From Trichormus sp. ATA11-4-KO1 (GTDB lineage: Bacteria; Cyanobacteriota; Cyanobacteriia; Cyanobacteriales; Nostocaceae), in assembly GCA_019358915.1 (NCBI GenBank), contig JAHHIM010000037.1:1-44074 (forward strand): DNA of 44,074 nucleotides, in the 5' to 3' direction. Position 1 is the first letter of the stretch, and each line of letters starts with the position of its first letter. Shown here in pieces: positions 28,479 to 37,166 of this stretch. Both the position numbers and the translations under genes were made by a program. Below the pieces are notes generated by a model. That model worked only from the letters and a program-made list of their open reading frames with translations. It made no database searches and was not told the DNA's origin.

Positions 28479-30296
28479 CTACCAAGGTAAACGACCTAAA
28501 TAGTTATTACCTCGACGCTCTCGTTCTATATTCACTCGATATTGAAGTATTTTGTAAATTTCTTGTGCAAGAATTTCTAGGCTTTCTAGTTCGTCTTCCG
28601 ATAACTGTTTATTAGTAACTATTTCAGTATAAGTATCCTCGTTTTTTTGTACTGATGTGGAACTTGCAGGATCAGTGTATGCCTGAATTAATTTATTTGA
28701 AGTACTGAATTTTGGAGAATTAACTGTTGGTTGTGATTTACTGTACTGCGACATAGTGGATGTCAGAGGTGTAGATTCATGGTTCCATCTCCTTTCATCT
28801 GGAAGGGGTTTTACAACAGTATTGGGGCTAGTATCTACGGCAGTACTTTCACCAAGTAATTCAGCGATACTAGACCATGAGTTGGGTAAGTCTTGAGTGG
28901 ATGATTTTTGGATATGGTGAGATGGAGAAGGAGACGCGGAGACAGAAGTAGGGGGAGATATATCTATGGAGTTTGTTTCATCTACAAAATTGCTGGTTAG
29001 CAAATCTGATGTTTGCGACAAGGGGCTGAAAACAGAGATGTTTTTCAATACTTGAGGCAATTGAGGAATTTCTGTTTTTTCTTGAAAAGATTGTGTTTCT
29101 GTCTTTGGTTGAATAACTGTAGCTTCTATTGATTCTTTTTGAGAATTGATTGAAATATTTGTATGAGTATTATCTATGTTCTCTGCAATTAAGGCAGTAT
29201 TTTTAATATTTGATTGATTTAGAATAGTTGGTGTATTTGAAGAGGCGATCAGTCCTTCAGGTATGGCTGCGCTTACCGTAGGATTTGGCGATGCAGTTTC
29301 TCTACTTTCAAGTTGAGCTTGAATAACTGTTGGTTCTGCTTGCGGATTGATTGGTGTCGTGGAAGGGGTGATAAGTTCTTCAGGTATGGCTGCGCTTACC
29401 GTAGGATTTGGCGATGCAGTTTCTCCGCTCTCAAGTTGAGCTTGAATAATTGTTGGTTCTGCTTGCGGATTGATTGGTGTGGTTGAAGATCTGCTCAGTC
29501 CTTCGGACATGGCTGTGCTTACCGTAGGATTTGGTGATGCAGTTTCTCTACTTTCAAGTTGAGCTTGAATAATTGTTGGTTCTGCTTGCGGATTGATTGG
29601 TGTGGTTGAAGAGCTGCTCACTTCTTCGGACATGGCTGTGTTTACCGCAACCTTCTCTGATGCAGTTTCTTCGCTTTCTTGTTGCGGTTGAATTGCGGGT
29701 GTTGTAGAAGAGACGATCAGTCCTTCAGGTATGGCTGCGCTTACCGTAGGATTTGGCGATGCAGTTTCTTCGCTTTCTCGTTGCGGTTGAATAATTGTTG
29801 GTTCTGCTTGCGGATTTTTTGGTGTCGTGGAAGGGGGAAGTTTTCTATTTTTAGGGAAAAGAGATTGAGTTTGTTGCACTAGATTTTCAGCTACAATTCC
29901 TTCTGTAAATGTTGATTTTGGAGAGATAGAGGATTGTCTTTCCAGTTGTGGTTGAATTGTATTTGGCTGAGCATTATCTAAATGCATGACACTGGGTGAC
30001 TGTGCTGCGGATATGTTCGATTTACTTAACTGTTGTGATTGATATTCAGGAAAAAATGGTGAATTTTGAAATGAATTTTCTGACAGAGTGTAATCAGATA
30101 TTTCTGGCGCATAAAAAATTGCAGGATCAAAATTTGATAATGCTTTAGATCCTAATGGCGATAAAAATTTGGGACTGAGTAATTTTTGACCTAAAGGTTT
30201 ATGAGCAAGTAATGGTTTTTTTATCCCTAGGTCTGAGGATGTTATTTCGCCTTCTGGAGGATTGAAACTAGAACCTGTTTCTAGATTTTCTGCCAT
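28479..30296 (-). CDS. Low-complexity CIS protein with 41-aa tandem repeats and conserved C-terminal helix
   Basis: S/T/P/E/Q-rich with five tandem units. C-terminus LEILAQEIYKILQYRVNIERERRG. Co-oriented between the tube and initiator genes. Confidence 0.72.
   Translation of the reverse strand: MAENLETGSSFNPPEGEITSSDLGIKKPLLAHKPLGQKLLSPKFLSPLGSKALSNFDPAIFYAPEISDYTLSENSFQNSPFFPEYQSQQLSKSNISAAQSPSVMHLDNAQPNTIQPQLERQSSISPKSTFTEGIVAENLVQQTQSLFPKNRKLPPSTTPKNPQAEPTIIQPQRESEETASPNPTVSAAIPEGLIVSSTTPAIQPQQESEETASEKVAVNTAMSEEVSSSSTTPINPQAEPTIIQAQLESRETASPNPTVSTAMSEGLSRSSTTPINPQAEPTIIQAQLESGETASPNPTVSAAIPEELITPSTTPINPQAEPTVIQAQLESRETASPNPTVSAAIPEGLIASSNTPTILNQSNIKNTALIAENIDNTHTNISINSQKESIEATVIQPKTETQSFQEKTEIPQLPQVLKNISVFSPLSQTSDLLTSNFVDETNSIDISPPTSVSASPSPSHHIQKSSTQDLPNSWSSIAELLGESTAVDTSPNTVVKPLPDERRWNHESTPLTSTMSQYSKSQPTVNSPKFSTSNKLIQAYTDPASSTSVQKNEDTYTEIVTNKQLSEDELESLEILAQEIYKILQYRVNIERERRGNNYLGRLPW
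29230..29835 (-). repeat. Intragenic tandem repeat, 123-bp unit (four copies plus one 99-bp copy)
   Basis: The anchor g(c/t)ttacc recurs at 29271, 29394, 29517, 29640 (123-bp steps) and 29739 (99-bp step). Unit: STTPINPQAEPTIIQAQLESRETASPNPTVSTAMSEGLSRS. Confidence 0.9.
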
Positions 30297-30302
30297 ACGC
30301 TA

Positions 30303-30806
30303 TTAATTACTAGGAAAATATCCCGAACTGTCGCGTCCTGAAAGAATAGATGCACCGCCTGATCTTGTTTTATCAATTTTTAGTCCTTCGTAGGTTAAAG
30401 TCAATTCTTCAATAGCAACCGTGCTGGAATCTGCACTTAAGCTTGGGGCTTTCCATGAGGTAGGAACAGCACCAATTAGTGTCCAGCATTGCATTGTTTC
30501 TCCTGCTTGATTAAAAACTAAAATATTGACGTTGCGACGTTCTTTTGTACTGCTCAAAATTTTACTAATCCAATTCCAGAATGTTAAATCGTTGGTCATA
30601 CCACGCTTGAGTGTTACATCCGAAAACTCTGCTGGATTTAATAGAACTCTTTGTTGATCGTTGACTCCACCTTCAGAAAATTTTTCAGTTTTTATATTCA
30701 CCCCTAAGCCTTGACACTCACAGAAGCAAGCAGTGAGGCTACTTTCTATTTCTACATAAAAACGATTGGCTGTAATGTAGTTCAACTCACGGCTAGAATT
30801 AGCCAT
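30303..30806 (-). CDS. T4 gp19-like tail tube protein (Afp1/Afp5 family)
   Basis: NRFYVEI, FCECQGL, EGGVND, VTLKRGMT...FWNW, W.LIGAVPTSWKAPSL and VAIEELTLTYEG. Confidence 0.92.
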   Translation of the reverse strand: MANSSRELNYITANRFYVEIESSLTACFCECQGLGVNIKTEKFSEGGVNDQQRVLLNPAEFSDVTLKRGMTNDLTFWNWISKILSSTKERRNVNILVFNQAGETMQCWTLIGAVPTSWKAPSLSADSSTVAIEELTLTYEGLKIDKTRSGGASILSGRDSSGYFPSN

Positions 30807-30982
30807 TATGACAATCTCCCATAATTATTCCTGCGTTCTTTTTGGTGATGCAAGTCATCCTGCATTAATTGATAAACTTTATCACTCAGTATCACCATCA
30901 GTTGGCGATCGCGCATAATTTTAGCAGCTAATTTTGCAACTGCTTTATGGTCATTTTCACTATTTCTGGAAGTAATCATCAT
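30806..30982 (-). CDS. 58-aa small CIS protein (absent from ORF track)
   Basis: MMITSRNSENDHKAVAKLAAKIMRDRQLMVILSDKVYQLMQDDLHHQKERRNNYGRLS. Its stop overlaps the tube ATG (TAATG), and it resembles the C-terminal helix of the 605-aa protein. Confidence 0.75.
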   Translation of the reverse strand: MMITSRNSENDHKAVAKLAAKIMRDRQLMVILSDKVYQLMQDDLHHQKERRNNYGRLS

Positions 30983-31046
30983 CAAAACTCATAAAATAGT
31001 TTCCATTTTAACAAGCAACTTTAAATAATTACCATTAGCCAAAAGT

Positions 31047-33467
31047 CTAATTTTTAATTTTTTGTAGTGGTACTAACCCAGCTTTTTCTAAGAGTTGTTG
31101 TACTTCTTCTGTTTTTAGCATCTCAGCAAATTTTTGACCAATGGGGGGACGATTGTTGTCTCCTGGATACACTACGACTATTGGATATCCTAAGGGATAA
31201 CTTCCTGTTTTAAATACTTGAATATTGGGACTATACTTACCTTTGTTATTACATAAATCTGTATCTGGATTGATTGAATTGCCATTGTCTTGAATTAAAG
31301 TCTGTACCGCAGGTTTATGATCATCTAATAAAGCTAAAGGATAGACAGAACATTGACCAAAAACTTGGCTGAGTGTGGCAAAACCAATACTACCAGTATT
31401 GTTTTGCTCGAAGTCTTGCAAGACTCGCCGCAGCATTTCTAAGGTAGGAAGACTAGTAATATCTCCAATTGGATCGGGAGTAAATGTACTTGAGTTTTGA
31501 TGACGATTCTGTAATGATTTAAAAGTGGCGATCGCTCTTTCCTCTTTAAGTACCCGGTCTTCAAAAACCTTTAATACTTCCGCTTCAGATGGTATATAAA
31601 GTTTTACTGGTAAATTAGGTAAATTAGCACCTGGCAATTGATTCCAATATTTAATTTTACCTGTATATAAATCTCGTAATTGCTCAATACTAATCTGTCC
31701 GTTTAATGCTCTTGGTAGACCTTGCTCACGTTTTGAGTAACTAAAAGCTACAAATACAACTAAGCCGTCATAGGCAACTTCTTTGTGTCTCAGTTGAGGT
31801 GCTAATTGATTAAATAGACTAGTAATACCAAAGTCAAATTTACCTGATTCTATATTATTAATTACTGTTGTAAATGAATCTTCTGGCTGATAAATTATCT
31901 CCAATTTGGGCTGACTTGCTTGGAGCTTTTCTTCCAGACTTTCATTCTGGAATATTAAATTTCTTTGTCCGCGTATATAACTCCAAGTTCCATCTTTTTC
32001 GCCAGTATAAATATATTTTCCGGGAGGAACACCAGGTACATCTTTCAGGCAACAAACTGTCACGTCTTCAGCAGAAATTTCCTGATTTTGAAACATTTGA
32101 ATCAGAAACCAGATTAGTGAACCTAACAATATCAAGCCAAGTATACCGAAAACGAGCAAATTAGGGCGACGCAGTTTAGGTTTTTCTGCTTCAGATTGCC
32201 CCGTAGTTACTAAGATTTCATTGGTGGGAAGTGGGGGTAATTGCCAGAGTATTTGTCTTGCTTCTTCAGCACTATTAAATGGTGTATTTAGTTCTAAAAG
32301 TCGCAGAATGAATGACTTCATTGCAGGTGTTACTGATGTCCAATGCTGCGCTAGTTTAGGATCAAGAGGCTGATAATTAACTGAGTCTACTTCACTTCCT
32401 GCTAATAGGTAAAAGGCAATGTATCCCAAACCTATCAAGTCTTGAGCAAATGAGGGAATTACTGTTTTTGTGGTTGGCAGATCAAACAGATTTTCCCAAA
32501 GTTCTAAATCACTAATATGGATAAAGAAGGACTTAGCATCTGCAATAATTAATAGGCTATCAAGGCTAATATTACCGTGTGCTATTCCTTGCTGTATTTG
32601 ACCGGAAGGAAGACTAAATTTTTGGGTGTGGAGAAATTGCAGAGTTTGCAGTACTTGATTGAGAAAGCGGCGTACTTCGCCCTCTGTCATCGCGCCATTG
32701 GTAGCAAGATAATATCTGAGGGTGGGATATGTATCTTGATTACCATTGGTAATTAGATAACAGCGTTCTTCCACGGGATCAGCAATTGCATCCCAAGGCG
32801 AATTCAAACGAATATCCTGAATTCTGCCATCTGCTAAACTCAATCCCGCAATATGTTCAAAAAGTTGTTTTCGGTTTTTAGTTTCCTCTGGATTAAAACA
32901 AATGTTGGGTAAAAGATATTCTTTAATGACTACAGGCTGTTGATCTGTAACCTGAATTCCCCGGTACAAACGCCCCATTCCTCGATGTCCCAAAAAGCTA
33001 TTTATGCAATATCGACCACGATATCCACGAATTTCAGTTTTGGGGAGCAAAATTGTCGGAAAACCACATTGCAAACATTTCTTAGCTGTGGGATTTTGTT
33101 CTAATGTTTTTTGTGTCCACTCACAAGCTAAAGTATTCCCATTCCAGCAGTGATACTTTCTATAAATTGAATCAACTCCAGGAGAGACTGGTGCTGGAAG
33201 AGTGATTGTAGTGGGAAGAGATTCAGACTTTGTAACTGCTGGGTTTTGTGCTTTTTGAAAAAATCTCTTAGGTAACTTGGCTTTAATACCTTCGGCGATG
33301 GGGGTTGTTTTTTCTCTAACTATGGGGACAACCCAGCTTAATTTTTGCACCCAACGGAATCTTGTTGGTACTCTAACCCTAGAGCGCACTTGCTGTTGAG
33401 CCTGCTGGGTGATAGCTTCTTGTTGCCAGGCTTCTTGAACTATTTGTTTACCAGTTTCCTTGACCAC
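31047..33467 (-). CDS. Zn-ribbon / Ser-Thr pseudokinase / TM / PstS-like substrate-binding domain fusion
   Basis: CLQCGFP, LGHRGMGRLY, VVIKEY, HGNISLDSLL (for HRD) and SDL (for DFG), TM LLVFGILGLILLGSLIWFLI, then VAYDGLVVFV, LRDLYTGKIKYW and YPLGYP PBP-like motifs. Start uncertain (GTG). Confidence 0.82.
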   Translation of the reverse strand: MVKETGKQIVQEAWQQEAITQQAQQQVRSRVRVPTRFRWVQKLSWVVPIVREKTTPIAEGIKAKLPKRFFQKAQNPAVTKSESLPTTITLPAPVSPGVDSIYRKYHCWNGNTLACEWTQKTLEQNPTAKKCLQCGFPTILLPKTEIRGYRGRYCINSFLGHRGMGRLYRGIQVTDQQPVVIKEYLLPNICFNPEETKNRKQLFEHIAGLSLADGRIQDIRLNSPWDAIADPVEERCYLITNGNQDTYPTLRYYLATNGAMTEGEVRRFLNQVLQTLQFLHTQKFSLPSGQIQQGIAHGNISLDSLLIIADAKSFFIHISDLELWENLFDLPTTKTVIPSFAQDLIGLGYIAFYLLAGSEVDSVNYQPLDPKLAQHWTSVTPAMKSFILRLLELNTPFNSAEEARQILWQLPPLPTNEILVTTGQSEAEKPKLRRPNLLVFGILGLILLGSLIWFLIQMFQNQEISAEDVTVCCLKDVPGVPPGKYIYTGEKDGTWSYIRGQRNLIFQNESLEEKLQASQPKLEIIYQPEDSFTTVINNIESGKFDFGITSLFNQLAPQLRHKEVAYDGLVVFVAFSYSKREQGLPRALNGQISIEQLRDLYTGKIKYWNQLPGANLPNLPVKLYIPSEAEVLKVFEDRVLKEERAIATFKSLQNRHQNSSTFTPDPIGDITSLPTLEMLRRVLQDFEQNNTGSIGFATLSQVFGQCSVYPLALLDDHKPAVQTLIQDNGNSINPDTDLCNNKGKYSPNIQVFKTGSYPLGYPIVVVYPGDNNRPPIGQKFAEMLKTEEVQQLLEKAGLVPLQKIKN

Positions 33468-33575
33468 AGCTCAAACCTTTGGCGATCGCTTTTATTGCCG
33501 CATCCTACAATGATTTTGAGGCTGAAGGCATTAGACTTTCCGCTAAAAGGTTGAATGCAGTAAAATTTTAGACAC

Positions 33576-33778
33576 CCATCGTGATGAAACTCCTGTGACG
33601 CGAGCGATCGCTGCCAATGAAAGCCGTTCAAGTAGGAGTTTGTCGATTAATTCACGTGTTGAGTTCTCAATCGGTTGTCGTGTTGCACTTTCGACAAATT
33701 GTCGTCCACAATTCTGGCATTTAAACCGTTGTTTTCCATAGTGAGTCCGCCCATTTTTGACTATGCGGCAATGACAGT
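33576..33778 (-). pseudogene. IS1-family transposase (InsA-like) remnant
   Basis: IVKNGRTHYGKQRFKCQNCGRQFV...IDKLLLERLSLAAIARVTGVSSRW (Zn finger plus HTH). The N-terminal CxxC is disrupted, and no recognisable InsB DDE region follows. Confidence 0.82.
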
Positions 33779-33896
33779 ACGATGTTACAGATTTGACCGA
33801 GGCACAGAAATTAACCTGAGTGACCCTTGGTGCAGCCAGAGAAAGGCGTGATGCGTTGAAAAACACTACGCTTTTACCCACAGCCGTACTCGCTAA

Positions 33897-34057
33897 GTAC
33901 AACATTTCATTAATTCGTAGCGAATTCTTTGCGTACCTCTGTGCATTCCTCTGCGCACGACAGTCGCTACAAGTCGGCAAAGCCGCAGGGCGCGCTGTCT
34001 CCCCTTTGCGTTTAAATTTCCAACCTCAATTCGCCATGATTTTACGCAAATCTGTAC
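33897..34057. mobile_element. MITE-like composite repeat with nested palindromic element
   Basis: Ends GTACA...TGTAC flanked by TAA on both sides. Contains CTCTGCG-type repeats and a GACAGTCGC...GCGCTGTC hairpin (33959-33999). Confidence 0.5.
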
Positions 34058-34166
34058 TAAGTTAAAAAACCGTTAAACTTCATTGCGAATTAAGAAGTTA
34101 AGCAAAACAACATGATAAGTTCTGATGATGTGGAGAAACAGCAAAGGTTTAAGAAAGGAGAACACA

Positions 34167-34373
34167 GTGGCAATGGAATCAAATTTATCAACGGGCGCAG
34201 TTGTAGCAAATGAAGATTTCAGCGAATATGTTGCCCACCTACAACTTCACATGACTCTGCAAGCTCGCAATCTGGTTCCACCCCTCAAGCAAACACTTGA
34301 AGATAGTCGCGAACAGTTGCTTCACCAAACTCAAGCCAACTTTGAAAAGCTAATTTCCCGGCAAGGGCTATAA
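34167..34373 (+). CDS. Small hypothetical protein
   Basis: AAGGAG at 34155-34160 precedes GTG 34167. Helical DFSEYVAHLQLHMTLQARNL...QTQANFEKLISRQ; first gene of a co-oriented run. Confidence 0.65.
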   Translation: MAMESNLSTGAVVANEDFSEYVAHLQLHMTLQARNLVPPLKQTLEDSREQLLHQTQANFEKLISRQGL

Positions 34374-34586
34374 TACATACAAATTTTCATCAAAATTCCC
34401 ATAAAATAAAAGCAGATATTGTTGGGACAATGCCAAGGGTGTTCTCATCAAATCTGCTTTTTCTAGTTTTTACACATTATATTTAGTATTTAGTTACAAA
34501 AATCACCCTTTGGAAGCAGTAGCCAAAAGCGGAAAGCCGTTAAGATTATTGCAGCAGTTCCAACAGACCCAGTAAGTTAAGGCTAA

Positions 34587-35840
34587 ATGGCAGCTCGAAT
34601 CAAAATGACTTCATTAATTCCTCGAAACCTCAGCGTTGTCATCCGGCCAGTCCAATACCGGGATCTGGACGGAATAGAGCAAATAACTCAAGACTCATTT
34701 ACCACCCTAACCCCTAAAGAAGCCAACTCTGCCCTTAACCAGATGCAATGGCTACGCCGTTGGTATGGGTTACTTAAATTTTTGAGTTGGTTTCCCAACC
34801 CACTACAATATCGTTTCTGTGCCTACGTAGCGGAGCAAGGGCGAATACTACTAGGCATGATTCAAGTGTCACCGTTTAATCGTACACGCAGTACTTGGCG
34901 GATTGATCGGGTAATTCTGGATCGTGCAGTTGAGAAGCAAGGAATTGGTTCTCAACTCTTGCGCCATTGCTTCGAGTCGATTTTGGAAGCGCGCACTTGG
35001 TTATTAGAAGTCAACGTGAATGATAAAGAGGCGCTGGCGCTGTATCGGCAAAACGGATTTCAGCGTCTGGCCGAAATGACTTACTGGGAAATTGAACCAG
35101 AATTGCTAGCTGAATTGGCACAAGCGGAACCTGACTTGCCTAATTTACTACCGGTGAGTAACGCCGATGCTCAGTTACTTTATCAACTAGATACAGCATC
35201 CATGCCACCCTTGGTGCGCCAAGTGTTTGATCGCAACATCCGCGACTTTAAAACCAGCTTGTTTGGCGTTTTGACTGATGCTGTCAAGCAATGGGTAACT
35301 AAAACAGAAGTCGTCAGTGGCTATGTGTTTGAACCCCAACGCAAAGCCGCAATTGGCTATTTTCAGGTACAACTTGACCGCAAAGGTGAAACTCCTCATG
35401 TGGCTACCTTGACAGTTCACCCTGCTTATACTTGGTTGTATCCAGAGTTACTTTCTCAATTAGCCCGCATTGCTCAAGATTTTCCCCAGCAAGGCTTACA
35501 ATTAGCTTCCTCAGACTACCAAGCAGAAAGAGAAGAGTATCTAGAACGCATTGGAGCAAAGCGCATAGAACATACACTGATTATGTCTCGCTCTGTTTGG
35601 CATAAGCTCCGGGAATCTAAATTTGTTTCCTTAGAAGGAATTCAGTGGACTGAGGTACTGCAAGGTTTGCAACCAGCGCGTAAACCAATACCAGGTGGGA
35701 TGTCATGGGTAAGACCAAGGCCGCAACCAACCTCAGAAAGGTTAGTACCAAGCAAGTCAGAACCTATGGCGTTTAAGTGCAAAAACTGTAAGATAGAACC
35801 ATCGCCCCTTCCTGAAACAGATACACACCAGGAGAAATAG
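34587..35840 (+). CDS. GNAT family N-acetyltransferase
   Basis: EKQGIGSQLL acetyl-CoA motif and LEVNVNDKEALALYRQNGF. Confidence 0.88.
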   Translation: MAARIKMTSLIPRNLSVVIRPVQYRDLDGIEQITQDSFTTLTPKEANSALNQMQWLRRWYGLLKFLSWFPNPLQYRFCAYVAEQGRILLGMIQVSPFNRTRSTWRIDRVILDRAVEKQGIGSQLLRHCFESILEARTWLLEVNVNDKEALALYRQNGFQRLAEMTYWEIEPELLAELAQAEPDLPNLLPVSNADAQLLYQLDTASMPPLVRQVFDRNIRDFKTSLFGVLTDAVKQWVTKTEVVSGYVFEPQRKAAIGYFQVQLDRKGETPHVATLTVHPAYTWLYPELLSQLARIAQDFPQQGLQLASSDYQAEREEYLERIGAKRIEHTLIMSRSVWHKLRESKFVSLEGIQWTEVLQGLQPARKPIPGGMSWVRPRPQPTSERLVPSKSEPMAFKCKNCKIEPSPLPETDTHQEK

Positions 35841-35841
35841 T

Positions 35842-36318
35842 TTGACACCCCAAGAGCCACCACAGCCATTGATTTCCGCATTGGGATTAGATGTTGGTCA
35901 CAAGCGGATTGGTGTAGCAGGGTGCGATCGCACGGGGTTAATTGCCACGGGTATCACCACTGTTGAGCGGACATCATTTGCTCGCGATGTCGAGCAAATC
36001 CAAAATATCGTCAATGAACGTCAGGTGCAAATCCTGGTAATTGGTTTACCTTATTCAATGGATGGTTCTTTGGGATTCCAGGCTCGTCAAGTACAAAAAT
36101 TTGCCAAAAGACTAGCGAAGGCACTGCAACTGCCTATGGAATATGTTGATGAGCGATTAACTTCATTTCAAGCAGAGCAAATGCTCATAGCGGAAAATCG
36201 CTCCCCATCACGTCATAAAGGTTTAATTGACCGTAAGGCAGCATCTTTAATTTTGCAACAATGGCTAGATACTAGGCGAGCCAATTTCCACCGTTCGGTG
36301 CTAGCCTTAGAGTATTGA
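35842..36318 (+). CDS. ruvX: RuvX/YqgF family nuclease (putative pre-16S rRNA nuclease)
   Basis: ALGLDVGHKRIGVA, VIGLP, DERLTS and IDRKAASLILQQWLD. Confidence 0.93.
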   Translation: MTPQEPPQPLISALGLDVGHKRIGVAGCDRTGLIATGITTVERTSFARDVEQIQNIVNERQVQILVIGLPYSMDGSLGFQARQVQKFAKRLAKALQLPMEYVDERLTSFQAEQMLIAENRSPSRHKGLIDRKAASLILQQWLDTRRANFHRSVLALEY

Positions 36319-36458
36319 TACCTTTGAACATGATATTCTGAAAGCTAATAACCAACATTTGTATCTCGGTCTAAAGCTATTTTTTTGACATAATTGATCA
36401 CGAAACAGTTAAGACATTTTTACATCTGCTGGTATTTATAAATTTTTACACCTCGGCT

Positions 36459-37031
36459 ATGTTTTCCTCTCCATTTCCTGAAGACAATGATCATGCTCAA
36501 GCAAGTTCTATCACTCTGACCGATGACACAGGGCGAACCCTCGAATGTTATGTTGAACATTCGCTCTCGGTAGATGGACAAGAATATGTTTTATTGCTTC
36601 CTGTAGACTCACCTATAGAAATTTTTGCTTGGCAAGGTGAAGAAGAGGAAGAAGAGGCGGTTCTGGTAGATGATGATGCCATCATTAACCAAATTTTTGG
36701 CACTGCTCAAGCTGTCTTAGCTGAACAGAACTTGTTAGTAAAAAACACTGCTTATGCTCTGACAGTGGCGGGTGATTTACCAGCAGTTGATGAATCAGAA
36801 CTTTTCACCTTAGAAATTGAAGATGAAGAGGCAGATTTAGAACCAGAACAATTGCAGTTACTTGCTAGCTTCTATCATGAAGATCAAGAGTACGCAATTT
36901 ATACCCCCCTCGATCCATTGCTGTTTTTTGCCCGAATATCAACAACAGGTCAACCTGTATTACTTTCTCCAGAAGAATTTAGGAAAGTGCAACCGTTGTT
37001 AGAAGAACATCTTTTTAACGAAGTTGAATAA
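36459..37031 (+). CDS. DUF3727/DUF1292-like acidic conserved cyanobacterial protein
   Basis: GRTLECYVEH, YVLLLPVDSP, A.AVLAEQNL and YAIYTPLDPLLFFAR; typical neighbour of yqgF in cyanobacteria. Confidence 0.75.
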   Translation: MFSSPFPEDNDHAQASSITLTDDTGRTLECYVEHSLSVDGQEYVLLLPVDSPIEIFAWQGEEEEEEAVLVDDDAIINQIFGTAQAVLAEQNLLVKNTAYALTVAGDLPAVDESELFTLEIEDEEADLEPEQLQLLASFYHEDQEYAIYTPLDPLLFFARISTTGQPVLLSPEEFRKVQPLLEEHLFNEVE

Positions 37032-37124
37032 AATTAAGAATTCAAAATTGAAAATTAAAATGTCACATTTTTTAAGTTTTTAATGGAGAATTTTTAATTA
37101 CACTTGTAAATTAAACAAATTTTA

Positions 37125-37162
37125 TGGAAACTCCCCAGGAATAATATCCTGGGGAGTTTCCA
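37125..37162. terminator. Perfect 16-bp hairpin between convergent genes
   Basis: TGGAAACTCCCCAGGA-ATAATA-TCCTGGGGAGTTTCCA. Confidence 0.8.
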
Positions 37163-37166
37163 ACGA

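Noticed and set aside
29230..29835. Possible CRISPR array
   Set aside because: The units are contiguous in-frame 123/99-bp coding repeats without unique spacers, and there are no cas genes.
19555..30806. Prophage or type VI secretion system
   Set aside because: No capsid, terminase, portal, integrase or lysis genes, and no TssJLM, TssK or ClpV. The gene set and order fit a CIS/eCIS.
33543..33980. 145-aa ORF as an intact transposase
   Set aside because: It is a chimeric read-through: the N-terminal half comes from MITE/repeat DNA, and only an InsA fragment is recognisable.
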